A DNA stretch of 63,788 nucleotides, filler included, from Hausera hauseri (lineage: Eukaryota): the NCBI GenBank assembly GCA_046269625.1. It is 11 parts of 11 records of this genome, joined end to end, with 100 filler letters (N's around TTAATTAATTAA, not from the genome) between each part and the next. Parts side by side here need not be neighbours in the genome. Positions count along the whole stretch, not along the records: positions 47,346 to 54,581 come from JBJURY010028894.1; positions 54,682 to 58,916 come from JBJURY010684661.1; positions 59,017 to 63,788 come from JBJURY010441579.1; 8 more parts are not named here. One strand, written 5' to 3'. Numbering within the stretch: position 1 is the stretch's first letter; each line of letters begins with the position of its first letter. A program made the position numbers and the translations under genes. The notes below the pieces were generated by a model, which made no database searches, was not told the DNA's origin, and worked only from the letters and a program-made list of their open reading frames with translations. Shown here in pieces: positions 50,091-62,660 of the stretch.

Positions 50091-53000
50091 TTAATTAATA
50101 CTATGGAGATAATGGGAAACCCAATCAATCTTAGTTCCCGATGAACCCTTATATGCACTTTTGAATTGTTTGTTAAAATATTTCAAAGCATCTTCTTCGG
50201 AGCTACCAACACTCAATGTTTTCTTCACGTACTCAATGTCATGGAGAGATGTCAATTCAGGCATGCCGCTATGGATCATCAGAGAAAACAACGTTAAAAT
50301 AACTGACGCATGATGACGTAGGGCCAAATACGCTTGACCGCACAAATCCATGAAATTCTGAAACCGTTTACTTGTATGGAGTTTGTCGGATCCGTCGGCA
50401 ATAACAAAGATAAAATCATCCGTTAACACAAACGGAACCCGTTCACGATTGATACCGAATTTCCTTTTGATATTATTTAAAATGTGGCCGAAATCGATAT
50501 GAAACAATTGCCCTTGTTTTGTTACCATAATGTTGTCGGGATGGCGATCGCGAATTCCTAACACAAATGTCGCTACCGAATAACCGGCACAACTGCGAGT
50601 AAATAACTCAATGGCCTTTTCTCGTTGTTCCACAGTCGTATTGTTACTTTGTATCCATTTGTACAGCGACATTTTGTTAATCTGTATTGCCGCCGATAAA
50701 TACATTTTCTGTATCGACATAACAGTTTTGGCATCTTTAACGGCTTCAATGACCCCGGTGTCCTTCCCGGTTGCCAGACAACCATACAGCAGTAATTTCA
50801 TATCCTGATATTGTCGTTTCCAAATATAATCAAACACGGCTAACAATTGTAATGTCAACATATCCTGTCGTAAATCATCGCCGTGTTTGAAAATATACTG
50901 CGGATTCGTCTCACCGAATCCACCTGAACAATCAAAATTACTCCACAGGAGATAAAACGGTCGCTTTTTCGATTTTTTCACATCGCATTTATCCCAAACT
51001 AACGTGCCCAATTTCTCCATCGGTTTCATTAAACAATAAATATTTTCACAGAATTTCCGAAATTCAGTTGATTTGAGATTCTCTTTGAGAAAATACAGTT
51101 GTTTGTCATCTGGATATTTCTTTATCCGTTTGTTTAAATCAACTAAATTTTCAATTGTCCGACATTGCGCCAATAGGATCGTTTGAAAATTCCAGTAGCC
51201 TCGACAAAATGACTCCAGTAAAATTCCGAAATAAATTTTCACCGATTCATTGTCCATTTCCGATTTCAAATACCAGAAAAACTTTTGTCCAATTGCTTTA
51301 TTATGCAATGCTGATCGGATCAAAAAGGTTGCTAAATCGTTACAATAATACGATTCGTATTTCAGTGCCTGGATCAATTGTAACAGGTAAATGTTCAAAT
51401 CTGATTCAGCGAAAATTGCTTGGAGATTTCTCACGGAAAAACTTCGTAGTTTATCGTCGAAATAATTGCCACTTAACAATTTTAACGATGGATCGATGCT
51501 GATCTGTGGCCAATTTGCCAGAAGGGAATAAAATGCCGTGACTTCCGATCGATTTGCCCAACGAATCGCACGGGCTAATTTCGGCAGACTATCGGGAACA
51601 TAACGACATAGATCCATATTTGTTCGAAGAAAATTCAAATCATCGTTGGAGATATTCGACAGGAAATCGTTTGCCACAATTTGTCGGATTTTTGCTAAAG
51701 CCGAATCAGTCGGATTGGATACTTTAATAATTCCTAAAGTCGGTTCATTGTAATATTTATTTGGGAAATTATTAAATTCTACAGATAAAACGGCAGTCGT
51801 TAGATTGTTGGATGAATGTGACAAACCGCACGGTGAGAAATAGTTGCTGTCGGTTGTTCGGCAAAGATTCAAATCGAACGATCCGTGTATTAAACAACCG
51901 GAATAGTCGAAAACGTTGATGTTTGCCCATCCTAACACGATTTCATTACTTTGTCGTGAATCACCTTTCTGAACCAGCGAAATGCACAGTCTAGTATTTC
52001 TCGGTAAATTGTCATATTCGATGTTAAACGTTAATGTCGAATTCCAAACCGGATTTTCACCAGAAACAATAGCAGTTTTAACGTCTTTACCGAGTATACA
52101 ACTAATTCCACAGAATAATGCACCGCGTACGTAAATTTTGGGAGAAAATTTTACTGATTTGGCACCTTTAACAAAGAATGAGAAATTATTCTCACTGTCT
52201 AATTTTTCGGCCGAATTACAATCAGGCAAAGTTCGATAATAATATTGCGGCATGTAGAATTGTTCAATAGAAATGTTTAATAAATTTGCAAAGGGATACA
52301 GACTCAACACCGGACATTCATTGTTGTACAGACACGTGTGAACATAATCGTAATGAATCAATTTGTTCTCGTGATTAATCAAATATGAATCGTACGATGA
52401 TACTTTGAGGACATACAGTCGAGCACTGGTTTCAGCGTTTGTTTGACCGTCGACGTTAAATTCCGGACAAGACTTCAATATTTTGATTATTGTCTGACCG
52501 ACAGTAGAATTTTTGTGTAGAAATAATTCTTTTTTAATAATTCCCGATGAATTATTAATTAAAGTTGTTATGTGCAAATTGTCCATTTTTTGAAGAATAT
52601 TCCTCGTCGATAATGTCAATGATTCGTTATAATCAGCAGAATATTGGAAAATAACAATGTTTCTTTCGTCTGATGTCAAATTTTCGTATCCATCAATAGC
52701 AATTTGCAAATAATATTTTCGAGCAAACAGCAATTCCTGTAAAAATAGCAATTCATTGTTGTTAGAATTATTGTTAGCTTTTGATAATTCATCAAGTGAA
52801 ATTCCAATGCAATGATTTATGGCTGATGTTAGTTTTGATTCGGCATCGTCAGTTTTCCGTTCCGAACATCGAAGGACTAAATCAAGTAAATTGAGATTAG
52901 AAAGCAATTGAGATTCATCATAATATTCTTGGATTTCCGCGTCTTTGCTAACACCGGAAAATACATATAATGACAATTCGTTATTAAATGTTTTACTTCT

Positions 53001-53144
53001 TGAAAGAATGTCTTTAATTTCTGTTAAGCTAGAATGATAACTGACCTTTAGTTCTTGAACTGAAAAATTTGGCAATAAAATTATAAGTTCAACTTCTTGA
53101 GTAATTTCGAAGTCCATGTAAGTTGAATTTAAAACTCGAGACAT
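50091..53144 (-). CDS. PIK3CA: Class IA phosphoinositide 3-kinase catalytic subunit (p110alpha-like), intact and intronless, 1017 aa
   Basis: ABD (LLPN...YVFSGVSKDAEIQEYYDESQLL), RBD, C2 (NPVWN...LPRNTRLCISL), helical domain (YLLQLIQALKYE), kinase IFKHGDDLRQDMLTLQ, DRHPDN, HIDFGH, RERVPF. The paralog assignment is tentative. Confidence 0.95.
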   Translation of the reverse strand: MSRVLNSTYMDFEITQEVELIILLPNFSVQELKVSYHSSLTEIKDILSRSKTFNNELSLYVFSGVSKDAEIQEYYDESQLLSNLNLLDLVLRCSERKTDDAESKLTSAINHCIGISLDELSKANNNSNNNELLFLQELLFARKYYLQIAIDGYENLTSDERNIVIFQYSADYNESLTLSTRNILQKMDNLHITTLINNSSGIIKKELFLHKNSTVGQTIIKILKSCPEFNVDGQTNAETSARLYVLKVSSYDSYLINHENKLIHYDYVHTCLYNNECPVLSLYPFANLLNISIEQFYMPQYYYRTLPDCNSAEKLDSENNFSFFVKGAKSVKFSPKIYVRGALFCGISCILGKDVKTAIVSGENPVWNSTLTFNIEYDNLPRNTRLCISLVQKGDSRQSNEIVLGWANINVFDYSGCLIHGSFDLNLCRTTDSNYFSPCGLSHSSNNLTTAVLSVEFNNFPNKYYNEPTLGIIKVSNPTDSALAKIRQIVANDFLSNISNDDLNFLRTNMDLCRYVPDSLPKLARAIRWANRSEVTAFYSLLANWPQISIDPSLKLLSGNYFDDKLRSFSVRNLQAIFAESDLNIYLLQLIQALKYESYYCNDLATFLIRSALHNKAIGQKFFWYLKSEMDNESVKIYFGILLESFCRGYWNFQTILLAQCRTIENLVDLNKRIKKYPDDKQLYFLKENLKSTEFRKFCENIYCLMKPMEKLGTLVWDKCDVKKSKKRPFYLLWSNFDCSGGFGETNPQYIFKHGDDLRQDMLTLQLLAVFDYIWKRQYQDMKLLLYGCLATGKDTGVIEAVKDAKTVMSIQKMYLSAAIQINKMSLYKWIQSNNTTVEQREKAIELFTRSCAGYSVATFVLGIRDRHPDNIMVTKQGQLFHIDFGHILNNIKRKFGINRERVPFVLTDDFIFVIADGSDKLHTSKRFQNFMDLCGQAYLALRHHASVILTLFSLMIHSGMPELTSLHDIEYVKKTLSVGSSEEDALKYFNKQFKSAYKGSSGTKIDWVSHYLHSIN

Positions 53145-54732
53145 TAGAATTAAAGTTAATAAATAGAATAAAATTTAAAATTGGATAATGTCCGTATGTT
53201 TCTCAAGGTCATTGAAAGATAATAGTCCATCTAAACAACGAAGTCAGTTTATATTGTTGAAGAAATTTTACATCGTATGGCACTTGTGGCTTAGTGAAAT
53301 TAAAAATTACACGACCTAATCGTGCTTCGATTTACCATAATTATTATCAGCAAAAAATTGCATATTCGTGTCGGTTACTTACACCAACTTATCCGTTTTT
53401 TTGCGGATCACTATGTTAAAGTTACCCTTAAATGTTTCTTTGTTTATATTAACTGGATATTTATGTGGTGAATTTCTGTGTATGTAATGGAGTATAGACC
53501 GGTGTTCATCAAAAACTGGTTGTCATTTGTTTAAATTGTATGCTGTCAAGCAAGTTGTACGAATTATCTTACTTCACCTCCAAAAGTCCGAATTTTTTTA
53601 CTTTTTGTCTGAAAAAGTTGAATTCAATTTTGTGGCAAACTTGTATAAACTGTGTGCATTTTTTTACTTGTGTAGTCATCATAAGTTTGTATGGGAAATA
53701 TTTTGAGATTGAATGTCATGCTATTTGAGTGATAATTTAGAGAAAGTAAAATGAAATTACTCTTCAAATTGCATAATTTTCGTTCAAATAGAATAATATG
53801 CAATATCAAAATAATACGCACACAGCTTCTGATGACTACACGTATAAAAAATCCACACAATTTAAAGTCTGGCGTAAAATTGATAAGCCGAACTTTATAG
53901 ACAGATTTAAAATCTGCGTCTTTCGCAAGTGATTTTATAATCATCCTGTAGCACTGTAATAATTTTAAAACAAAGTATTGTTCAATTTATATTTTTTAAA
54001 CGATGCATTAAAATAATTTTAGAAATCTTGAATAGATGTTGTAAATGCTATATTATCTATGATAATTATTCATCAAATGTTATTCTTTGTTGGGATATAC
54101 TGTTTGGAAGTAATGTTGTTATTTTGAGACAATCAACGAAGAGTGTAATTAATTAGGTTGATATACAGAGAAAACCATAATTATATTCATTGAACTATAG
54201 ACGTAGTGTCGTCATATAGTTTAAAAAAAATGAAAATTTAAATGTAATTTTTCATGAGACAACTTGATTTATAAATACATATCCTTGCTTAGAATCGAAA
54301 AATATACCATGCATTACTTTAAAAACATTGCATATTTGAATTCTTTTAAAAATTTATTATGTAATATACCAAGGTCACTACACACATCATAAAGTTATCT
54401 ACACCTACGCACACCAACATAAATATCACAATTATGAAGTTTTGTTTACACTGGTAACTGCAAAATTTCTAATAATGTTAAATTTAACAATTATCCATGA
54501 AATATATTTGTAAATCTACAATTGTCCTGCTAGATTTAATTTATTTACCTATATTTTATTGAATTATTAAAACACGACTCANNNNNNNNNNNNNNNNNNN
54601 NNNNNNNNNNNNNNNNNNNNNNNNNTTAATTAATTAANNNNNNNNNNNNNNNNNNNNNNNNNNNNNNNNNNNNNNNNNNNNAAGATTATCCTTTATTTTT
54701 TCATTTTTAGATTAAGAAGTAATCAGATCCAT

Positions 54733-57242
54733 ATGGACCCAAGCCGAAATATAATCGACGCCAAGGGAGTCACGAGACGACTTAGCATCGACAATGAGGA
54801 AAACACAAGTCGACTTAGTATCGACAAATTTTTACAGCGATATGTAACAGCGCGGATCCCGAATTCAAAGGCCATCTATAGGCAAATCAATACGGAGCTA
54901 CAAGGAAAGAGCTTCGTTCAGTATGGGAAAGCTGGCAAGATACCAAATGGGTTAAAAGGGACAACCAAGGAAGCCAGAACGGTAAATTTGTACGCATGGA
55001 GAGAGGACAAAGATGCTAGGGCATACCCCTTCAAACAGATCACTCAGTATCAAACGGGTAAAGAACAGAAGATTTATATACACTTTGCCGACCGAGAAAT
55101 TTATTATCGACTGAAGGATCAAAAATGGGATTCCTTCCTAGGAAGGCAAAGCCGGTTTAGTACTTTTGTATTTGACAGTAGGAACTTCCATAATTACAAG
55201 CTGGAATTTCGCGTAGCCGCCTTGCCAGTAAAAATGATGATCGAAACAACGAAGGAAGAAGCAATACTTATCTCATTGTCACCCTTAGCGTTTAGACAAA
55301 GGCCCACAGAAGAAGAACAGGACGCACATCTACATTCGTTTAGATAGGTAGCCGATGAAAGAAATGAGAAGAGGGAAATTATATTCCGATCGAAATATCC
55401 ATCCGAGAATAAAACGGGGCCGATATCTATTCGAAAATCATTAACTCAATGAAGAAAGTGCTAGAAACTTATGCAGAAGTTACCGGGATTAAAAGAGAGC
55501 AACTAAATTATGGAAAGAATTCCAAGTTAGTGCAACAAGAAGTATCACAATGCCTCTATGGATACATCTTAGTGGGGTACCAAGTAGAGAGGATGATGAA
55601 GAAATTAGCCATACCGGTAATGCATATAGCGGGAGTGAGAGAGATAGAAACCCACCCGACTATTATGAGATAAATGTGAATTAAGGTTGAAGAAAAAGGG
55701 GTCATCTACTACCGACCGTAGAAGGTCATTTTAAGTTAATGGTAGAGGCCATGGCCGGAGGAAATATAAAGATAAGTAGATTGCTAACCGCAAATCAAAG
55801 ATCCAATATCTAAGGGATATAAATGCTGGATTAAAGTGGAAACACAAATGGATTCCCAGCAACCCCGGACAAAATCTACGAAATTTCCCCAAACCCGAAG
55901 GATTCAGCACATGATACCGTAAACATTTTCGCCCATACTCTCCACCCAGGAATGTCGAAATTAAACCAAAATGGAACTACCAAATAACTATACAAGGATT
56001 GAAAACGCAGAAAATGGAGAATAAAGTACGTACAGATGAAAAACCCAGTACAAGTTATGGCGCCACAGCATATAATGATCTATTTAAGATACCAGAAGTT
56101 CCTCGGAAATACATAGAAAAAAAACGTAGAAATTCAGAGACCGAAACCGGAAAAACAACGAAAGGAAAACTTCCTTTTTCGATTACTTATTCAAAAAGAA
56201 AAGTATAGAAGGAGAAAAAGGACTGAAAGAAGAACCCAGATCAGACAGAAAAGATTCAAATTCAAAACAACCAGCAGAAGAAGTCTCAAAACCAGACATG
56301 CAGTCCCGTATTAAGAAATCCACGGAAAAACCAACCAAACAGAAAGAACAAATAACAGAAATAAACGTCCTACGAAAGAAGGCATCCACGGAAGATGTTT
56401 ACTACTCCACTACAGCAGATTACCCCAGGATGCTGATAGACACAGAATATTATAGCAAACAAAAGATTAAAGCGGCAATGTTTTTTGTCAAACTAATGCC
56501 TGCCAGACAAATCTATGAGAACACTTATGTCTGGGAAAATCCTAAGATCGGAAAATACGTTGCCCCGATATTTCAGTCCAGACGAAATGGTAAAATCTTA
56601 GTCCCTGTAGATAACTCGGTAAAAATATTGAAGAAGCAATATTAGAAATACCGATCGACTGGTAAAGTTCCCGATTTAGATCGAGACACTATCAGCGATT
56701 GGACACTAATACCCGTGGGATGTGATCCCAAAAAAAGTTCCATAAATCCGAAGCAGAAGAGAATCTTCACTTCTTTATACCAGGACGAAGACGGGTTGAT
56801 AATAGAACCCCTAGAGATCATGTTACGAGTCGATTTGGACGATGAAAATTGGGCAAAGGAGGATAACGAATGCCCAGTATGCGAGGCGAATCTGAGACAG
56901 GGATACGAAGTGGTAAATAATCCCGATTGCCGACACAAATATTGCAGAAACTGCTTAGAGAAATGGACTTTGTATAACGAAAAAACCACCTGTCCGATAT
57001 GCAGAGCTGAGGCAGCCGACTTGAAATATTACTCAAACGGGAGCTATACGAGAATAGTCGGAATAAAGCCCTACCATATTTATGAACTCGAAACAAATCC
57101 CAGAGAGGATCAACCAAATACCAGTTCTGGACCCAGTCTAAAAAGACGTATGGAAATGTTACGAAGACCCTGTTCTCGCGGCACCTCTCCTGACGCAACA
57201 GGCACATCCGAGGATGCCGTTCAGGGAGGAGAAATGTTATAA
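54733..57242 (+). pseudogene. Decayed long A-rich ORF ending in a C3HC4 RING finger; possibly retroelement ORF1-like
   Basis: ORF pieces at 54733, 55449, 55999, 56298 and 56715 lie on one strand. RING: CPVC-x13-CRHKYCRNC-x11-CPICR. KKVLETYAEVTGIKRE resembles an L1/Tx1 ORF1 RRM segment (weak). Confidence 0.55.
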
Positions 57243-58689
57243 AGACGTCCAATATGGAGGAGACGTCCCAAAACTGTAAATATTATTATAAGCAGCATAT
57301 TGTAGATATTTATTATTTTATGATATTTTCTGTCATTGTACGAAATTAGGAATTTGTACAAAATTAAAGAAGGAATTTAACAATAAATTGGTATATTTTA
57401 CAGAATTTTTGGAAAAAGCGTTGAATTTATATTAATTTTTAAATCAGAAAATACCGAAAAATTCAGCTAAAACTGATTATAATTCCAAGAATAAATCAGT
57501 CACGTACACAGTTGTATTAGTATATAAGCAAGCAGGTTTTTAGAATTATAAAAGTTTTTGTGAAGCTGCTGAGCTTTCGAAGCCGTTGAAGTATTTTAAT
57601 TGCAGTTCATTGAAAGACTGTTGAAAAGTCAAGAGAAGACGAAATTTTGGAAAAATCGTTGCTGATCGAAATTGGATGACTGGACTATTGAAATCTTAAA
57701 GTGACATTCGATATTGTGCTTTGGTGATTATTGGTAATTGTTGTATATTAAATTTTGTTTGTTTAAACTTTTCTTATAGTTTTTCTTCGCCCCTTAAGGG
57801 TGATTTGACGACACTAAGGTCTAAAATCTGTACTTAATTTATATAGCTAAGAGAGAGCCTTGATAATTATTAGCACAGGACCGCACCCATTTACCTGCAT
57901 AGCAATTTTAAAATCGTTAAGGTACAGTCTGTCTATTCGATTACGATAGACCGACCTGCATAAGCATTCAAATTTTCAGTGTAACTATTGTTATATAGTG
58001 GGAGTTGAATAGGGGCCACCCCAATATACAACATTTCCACTTGTCGAAATGTATGCTCATCTCCACTGGAAAAAATTACAAATGTTTCCTTCCGATGTTT
58101 TTCCCTTCCGTGCATCCTACAGACTTGACTTGTTGTCCATTGAAATTAGGGTGTGCAAATTAGAACGCATCAAGCACGTTTCCTATTAAATGCAAGGGAT
58201 GCAATCCACTGACCCCATCAAAAGACATGCATTAATATTTCCGGATTTTATCCTTTATTTTTAATTGATTTTCTATTAACGGTCCTTCACTGTTCTATAG
58301 AAATGTTTAATATACGTTTAATGTGTAATATTCGGCTGACACGCGACGATCGAATATTGGATTTCTAGACATATATAGCTCTGATATTATGCTACAATTT
58401 CCCACGAACTCCAAATATGCTTGAATCTGTCATTTTGACGAGAAAGCCAAATGGTATCAATTGACAAACTTAAATTAACTTTTACTAAAGTAAAAAAATA
58501 TTTGAAAAACAATTTTTCGGCATTATTTTTATTTCAACAAACTTTACACGCATAAACATCCAAATTAAAATGATTCAAGTAGAACAAAATATTCACTAAA
58601 TACGAATTCTCAACGTAACATAGGAAAGAATTTTAATAACAGGTAGGAAAAATCTGTATTGTATAAAAATTTTAAAGACACTTTGATAT

Positions 58690-58854
58690 TCACGAACATT
58701 TCCACAAAACAATGGCCATGTTACCGCCAAAGTACATGTACAGAATGTTTTTTGTTTCGTGAGTAATTTCGAATCCATAACCTTCGCCGATTATTACATG
58801 CCATGCGGCACCGAATTTTTTATCCATTGTCTCTTTTACCATTTTTGCAGCTGC
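58690..58854 (-). CDS. DNAL4: Axonemal dynein light chain 4, last coding exon (upstream exons not in this contig)
   Basis: After the acceptor TTTTTAG: AAAKMVKETMDKKFGAAWHVIIGEGYGFEITHETKNILYMYFGGNMAIVLWKCS*, very close to the DNAL4 C-terminal half. Not in the ORF track. Confidence 0.92.
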   Translation of the reverse strand, partial: AAAKMVKETMDKKFGAAWHVIIGEGYGFEITHETKNILYMYFGGNMAIVLWKCS

Positions 58855-59016
58855 CTAAAAACATATTCAGTGTTTAGAAAAATCTAACAAGGTTGAATCA
58901 GATCATCTGGATGGGTNNNNNNNNNNNNNNNNNNNNNNNNNNNNNNNNNNNNNNNNNNNNTTAATTAATTAANNNNNNNNNNNNNNNNNNNNNNNNNNNN
59001 NNNNNNNNNNNNNNNN

Positions 59017-62000
59017 AGCCACGCCGTCAACAATTGTGCAAGACTTGAAAGAATTAAGCATGTCCTGAGATGGCTGGTTTTGCTGAAGTTGTGGTTGAGT
59101 AAAGATTGGTAAAAATTAATCGAACTAACCGACCTAGATAAAAACTCGGCAACTAAATTATTAACCCCGTTAATATATTTTATGTCGAAGTTAAATATCG
59201 ATAGATATGATATTTGTCGTTTTTGGCGTGTGGAAGGATGTTTCATAGCCATGATGTTAAGTAAGGGCTTGTGATCGGTATGTATGGTAAAATGGCGAGC
59301 GACAAGTAGGTGGGAGAAATGCTTTAATGCGAGAACGATGGTCAATAATTCTCGATCGAACGTGGAATATCTAGTTTCAGGGGATGTTAGCTTACGAGTG
59401 AAAAATTCTAGCGGTTGATTTTCTTCTTTGTGGATTTGGTGCAGTACAGCACCTACTGCAGTAGTTGAAGCGTCTGTAGTAAGGATGAGTTCCGCATCAG
59501 GATTGGGAAAGCGAGAATGTCGACGGCCTTAGTTCCTTCGCGCAGCTTATCAAATTTATCAATCAATTCGGGTGTCCACTGAATTGGCTGATGTTTTTTG
59601 CAGCCGCTTAAGTGTGCAAATGGTGCTGTCAGTTCAGAACAATTTGTACATATTTATGTACAACGTGTAGTGCACCAAGGAAGCTGCGCATTTCAGTGGT
59701 CGTACGTGGGATCTAGATATTCTTAAGGGTTTCAACTCGATCAGGTTAAGGAGAGTGGCCGACTGGTAAAATAATGTGGCCCAGAAAGTTCAAGTGCTTT
59801 TTGAAGTAATGGCATTTGTCACAATTAACTTGTAGATTATAGTGGTTAAGGCATTGGTATATTGCACGGAGGTGTTTCTCGTGCTATCCGGCTGAAGACG
59901 AAACGATTAGAATATCATCGATGTAAGGATGCACAAACGGAAAATCTGAGGGAATTGAGTCAATGTATCACTGAAAAGTCTGTGGGGCATTTCACAAACC
60001 GAAATGCATAAACAGGTACTCGTAGAGACCAAAAGTGGTAGTGATAGCAATATTTTCTACGTATTTGGGTGCAACTGGTATTTGGTGATATGCCTTGGCT
60101 AAAGCGATGGTCGAATAAATTGCGGTTGAATTAAGACGGTGCAAGATATCCTTGATAAGTGGCAGGGGGTACGCATTTATAATGGTCAAGTTGTTCAAGT
60201 GTCGGTAATCACCTCATGGTCTAAAAGTTTTGTCCTTTTTTGTACGACATGTAAAGGTGACGATCAAGGAAATTTGGAACGGCGTACAATGCCGGAGTGT
60301 TCTAGTTCAAGAAATTCGGCTTCTACGGCCTATCTACGACGAGGTGACAGTGGTCGTAGCTTTTGGCGTATTGGCCGTTGATGCTGTGTATCTATGTGAC
60401 GTAAAGTACTGTTTGCAGTAATAAATGTACGATCTTTTTTAAGTACACACAGACATGATGTGTTGACGAATTGCTGCAAAGTTGTAGGCAATAGTGAGAG
60501 ATTTGGTAGTGATGGTGACGCAGCTTGTGTGGTATCGGATGCAATTTGTCAATTGTTTGCTGATGTGAAGTCAATTGGTATTTGATGCAAAACGGTCGAA
60601 TTGAAGATGGTGTTGGATGAAGTGAATTCGCGGAGTTAATTAATGTTGGTGACAGTACCACAATTAACGAAATCGAATTTCAACTGAATATCAATGTTAT
60701 GATTTAAAAATTTACGAAATGAAATGTAATTGTTACGTAAGTTCGAATTAATTTTTGATTTCCTCAAACTTGATCTCCGCGTCTCGATCGACTGCGCGGT
60801 AGACGAAATGCTAGATATGTGCTTACTAACGCTGGCAGTGATGCCACTCTTCAGACATCGTTGACTGCAGTCAACCAATAAATTATAATGTGATAAAAAT
60901 CAGAACCTAGAATTACCGTCTGGACATCAGCAACCATGAATGTCCAGTGGAAAGGTGAAGGAAATTTTTGTGAGGTAAAAGATAGTTTAGCCATGCCAGA
61001 AATGTGCAGCGGTTCACCCGAAGCGGTGTATAAAGACTTGATTTAAAATGGCGAATTTTGTACAGGAAAAGTTTGTGGTAATAAAGAAATCGCTGCACCT
61101 GTATCGATGAGGAAATCAACGGATTGCGTTGTAGCAGCGGTGATTGCAGCCTTTAGAATAAAGACAGCAAAAGAGGCGTGTCGACATGTAGAAGGTGAAA
61201 TAGTGCCTTTGCCAGAGTTTGCCGTGACTTCTGGCGGAAAGCTTAGATTCTTTGAAAAGGTGATCTAGGACGACTATTAGAAGAAAAGGTAGCACATCTG
61301 TCGTTCGTATCTGTTTTGACAGTGCAACCTGGGATGCATTTGTGAGCTTGGTTTTTAAACCCTGCGTGATAAATGCAAACAACGGTGTCCGAAAAGAAGC
61401 TTTTATTATAAAATCTGCATCCTATGCAGTATTTTTGTGCACTTTTACTGAATCTGATGTGATAATAGCAGATGGACGATCGCTCAGGTGATTGTGACCA
61501 GTTTCTAGGTACAAAATTGGCACGATCATCGATGAAATTCCTTCGCCGGGACAGGAAAAGTTCGTTTAATTTGTAGTGCTGTATTTTCAGCACGTAGCTG
61601 ATTTAGTTGTTGTTCTATCGTTGCGTTGTTGCTTTGAATACCACTTGTAACCACTGCCCATGAAACGATTGGTGGAGAGTTTGAGTGCAGAAGGTCATGT
61701 GTCTTGTCGGCTAATTCGGCCAATTTTTCAAGAGTCGCGGAATCCTCCACGACGGTAAGTAGGGCCCGAATATTGATGGGCAACGCGTTGAGGAAGTAGT
61801 GACGAAGTAATTCTGGATTATGTTCTTTTGTACCGCCAAAGGTTTGTAGGTGTGCCAAAGAAGTGCGTAAAAAGTCTGATGGTCGTTTTGTACCTATAGC
61901 GTTGTCGTGAAAGAAGCGTTGTATGATAGTATCTACTGAGGGTTCTGTGATCTTAAGAACGGCGTTGAAGAGTTGTGAATAAGGATCAGGAAGTTCAAAG

Positions 62001-62660
62001 ATTTCGATGATGTTATGAATTCATGTTTTGATGTTGTTAGGGAGTAAGAAAAGAAGGTTGTGTTTTCGTTAAAGAATCGGTAACGTTGTTTGATTGTAAC
62101 CATAGTTGATGAAATTGCAACCAAGTTTTGATGGAGCCTTGGTTGTCGATGAAAATTTCCGTGCAGTGAGGGAAAGGAGCAGACGAAACAAGGGTTGAAC
62201 TGTTATTAGCAAAAGTATTAGTGGTTTTTTGGAGTACTATAATGGGATTTGGTTTCGTGGTGGTTTTATCTGTGGTGCCTATGGTTGGCGATAAATTCAT
62301 GCCGTCAGGGGTACGAAAATGTATATGGAGGTAGATATGAGGCGAAAAAGGATTTAGGATCCCAGAGATAGGCATGTTAGAGCCGTTGTACGTGATGTAG
62401 AAGTCAGATGAATAGATGAAGGAACATACGATGTTATAAATTTGTGTATTGTCTATTTGCCATGTCTTGGTGTAAATGTATATTATTTAAAAAAAGACAA
62501 AGAAAATAAGGTTGGTGTGTAGCCAGGAGCGCGTTGTGGGGTTGCAGAGAACGATGCTGTCCGACCCAATGACACAGGGAGGGCGGCCTGGAATTCAACC
62601 CCGTGGCAACGAATTCGAAACTTCGGGGTGGCCGAACCCTCCTCGGCGAGGTCCGCCGGA
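59017..62660 (-). mobile_element. CsRn1-type Gypsy copy 3 (Ubl-gag, PR, RT, RNase H), decayed, cut by the spacer
   Basis: CYYHIRFSKSAQKYCIGC and CIYHAGFKNQAHKCIPGC; FLIDTGA; AKAYHQIPV; YIDD; TDHKPL. Closely related to copy 2. Confidence 0.92.
62301..62508 (-). other. Ubiquitin-like domain of Gypsy copy 3, with decayed diglycine
   Basis: QIYNIVCSFIYSSDFYITYNGSNMPISGILNPFSPHIYLHIHFRTPDG|MNL. Codons cgt acc cct gac ggc correspond to cgc atc cgt ggt ggc in copy 2. Confidence 0.6.
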
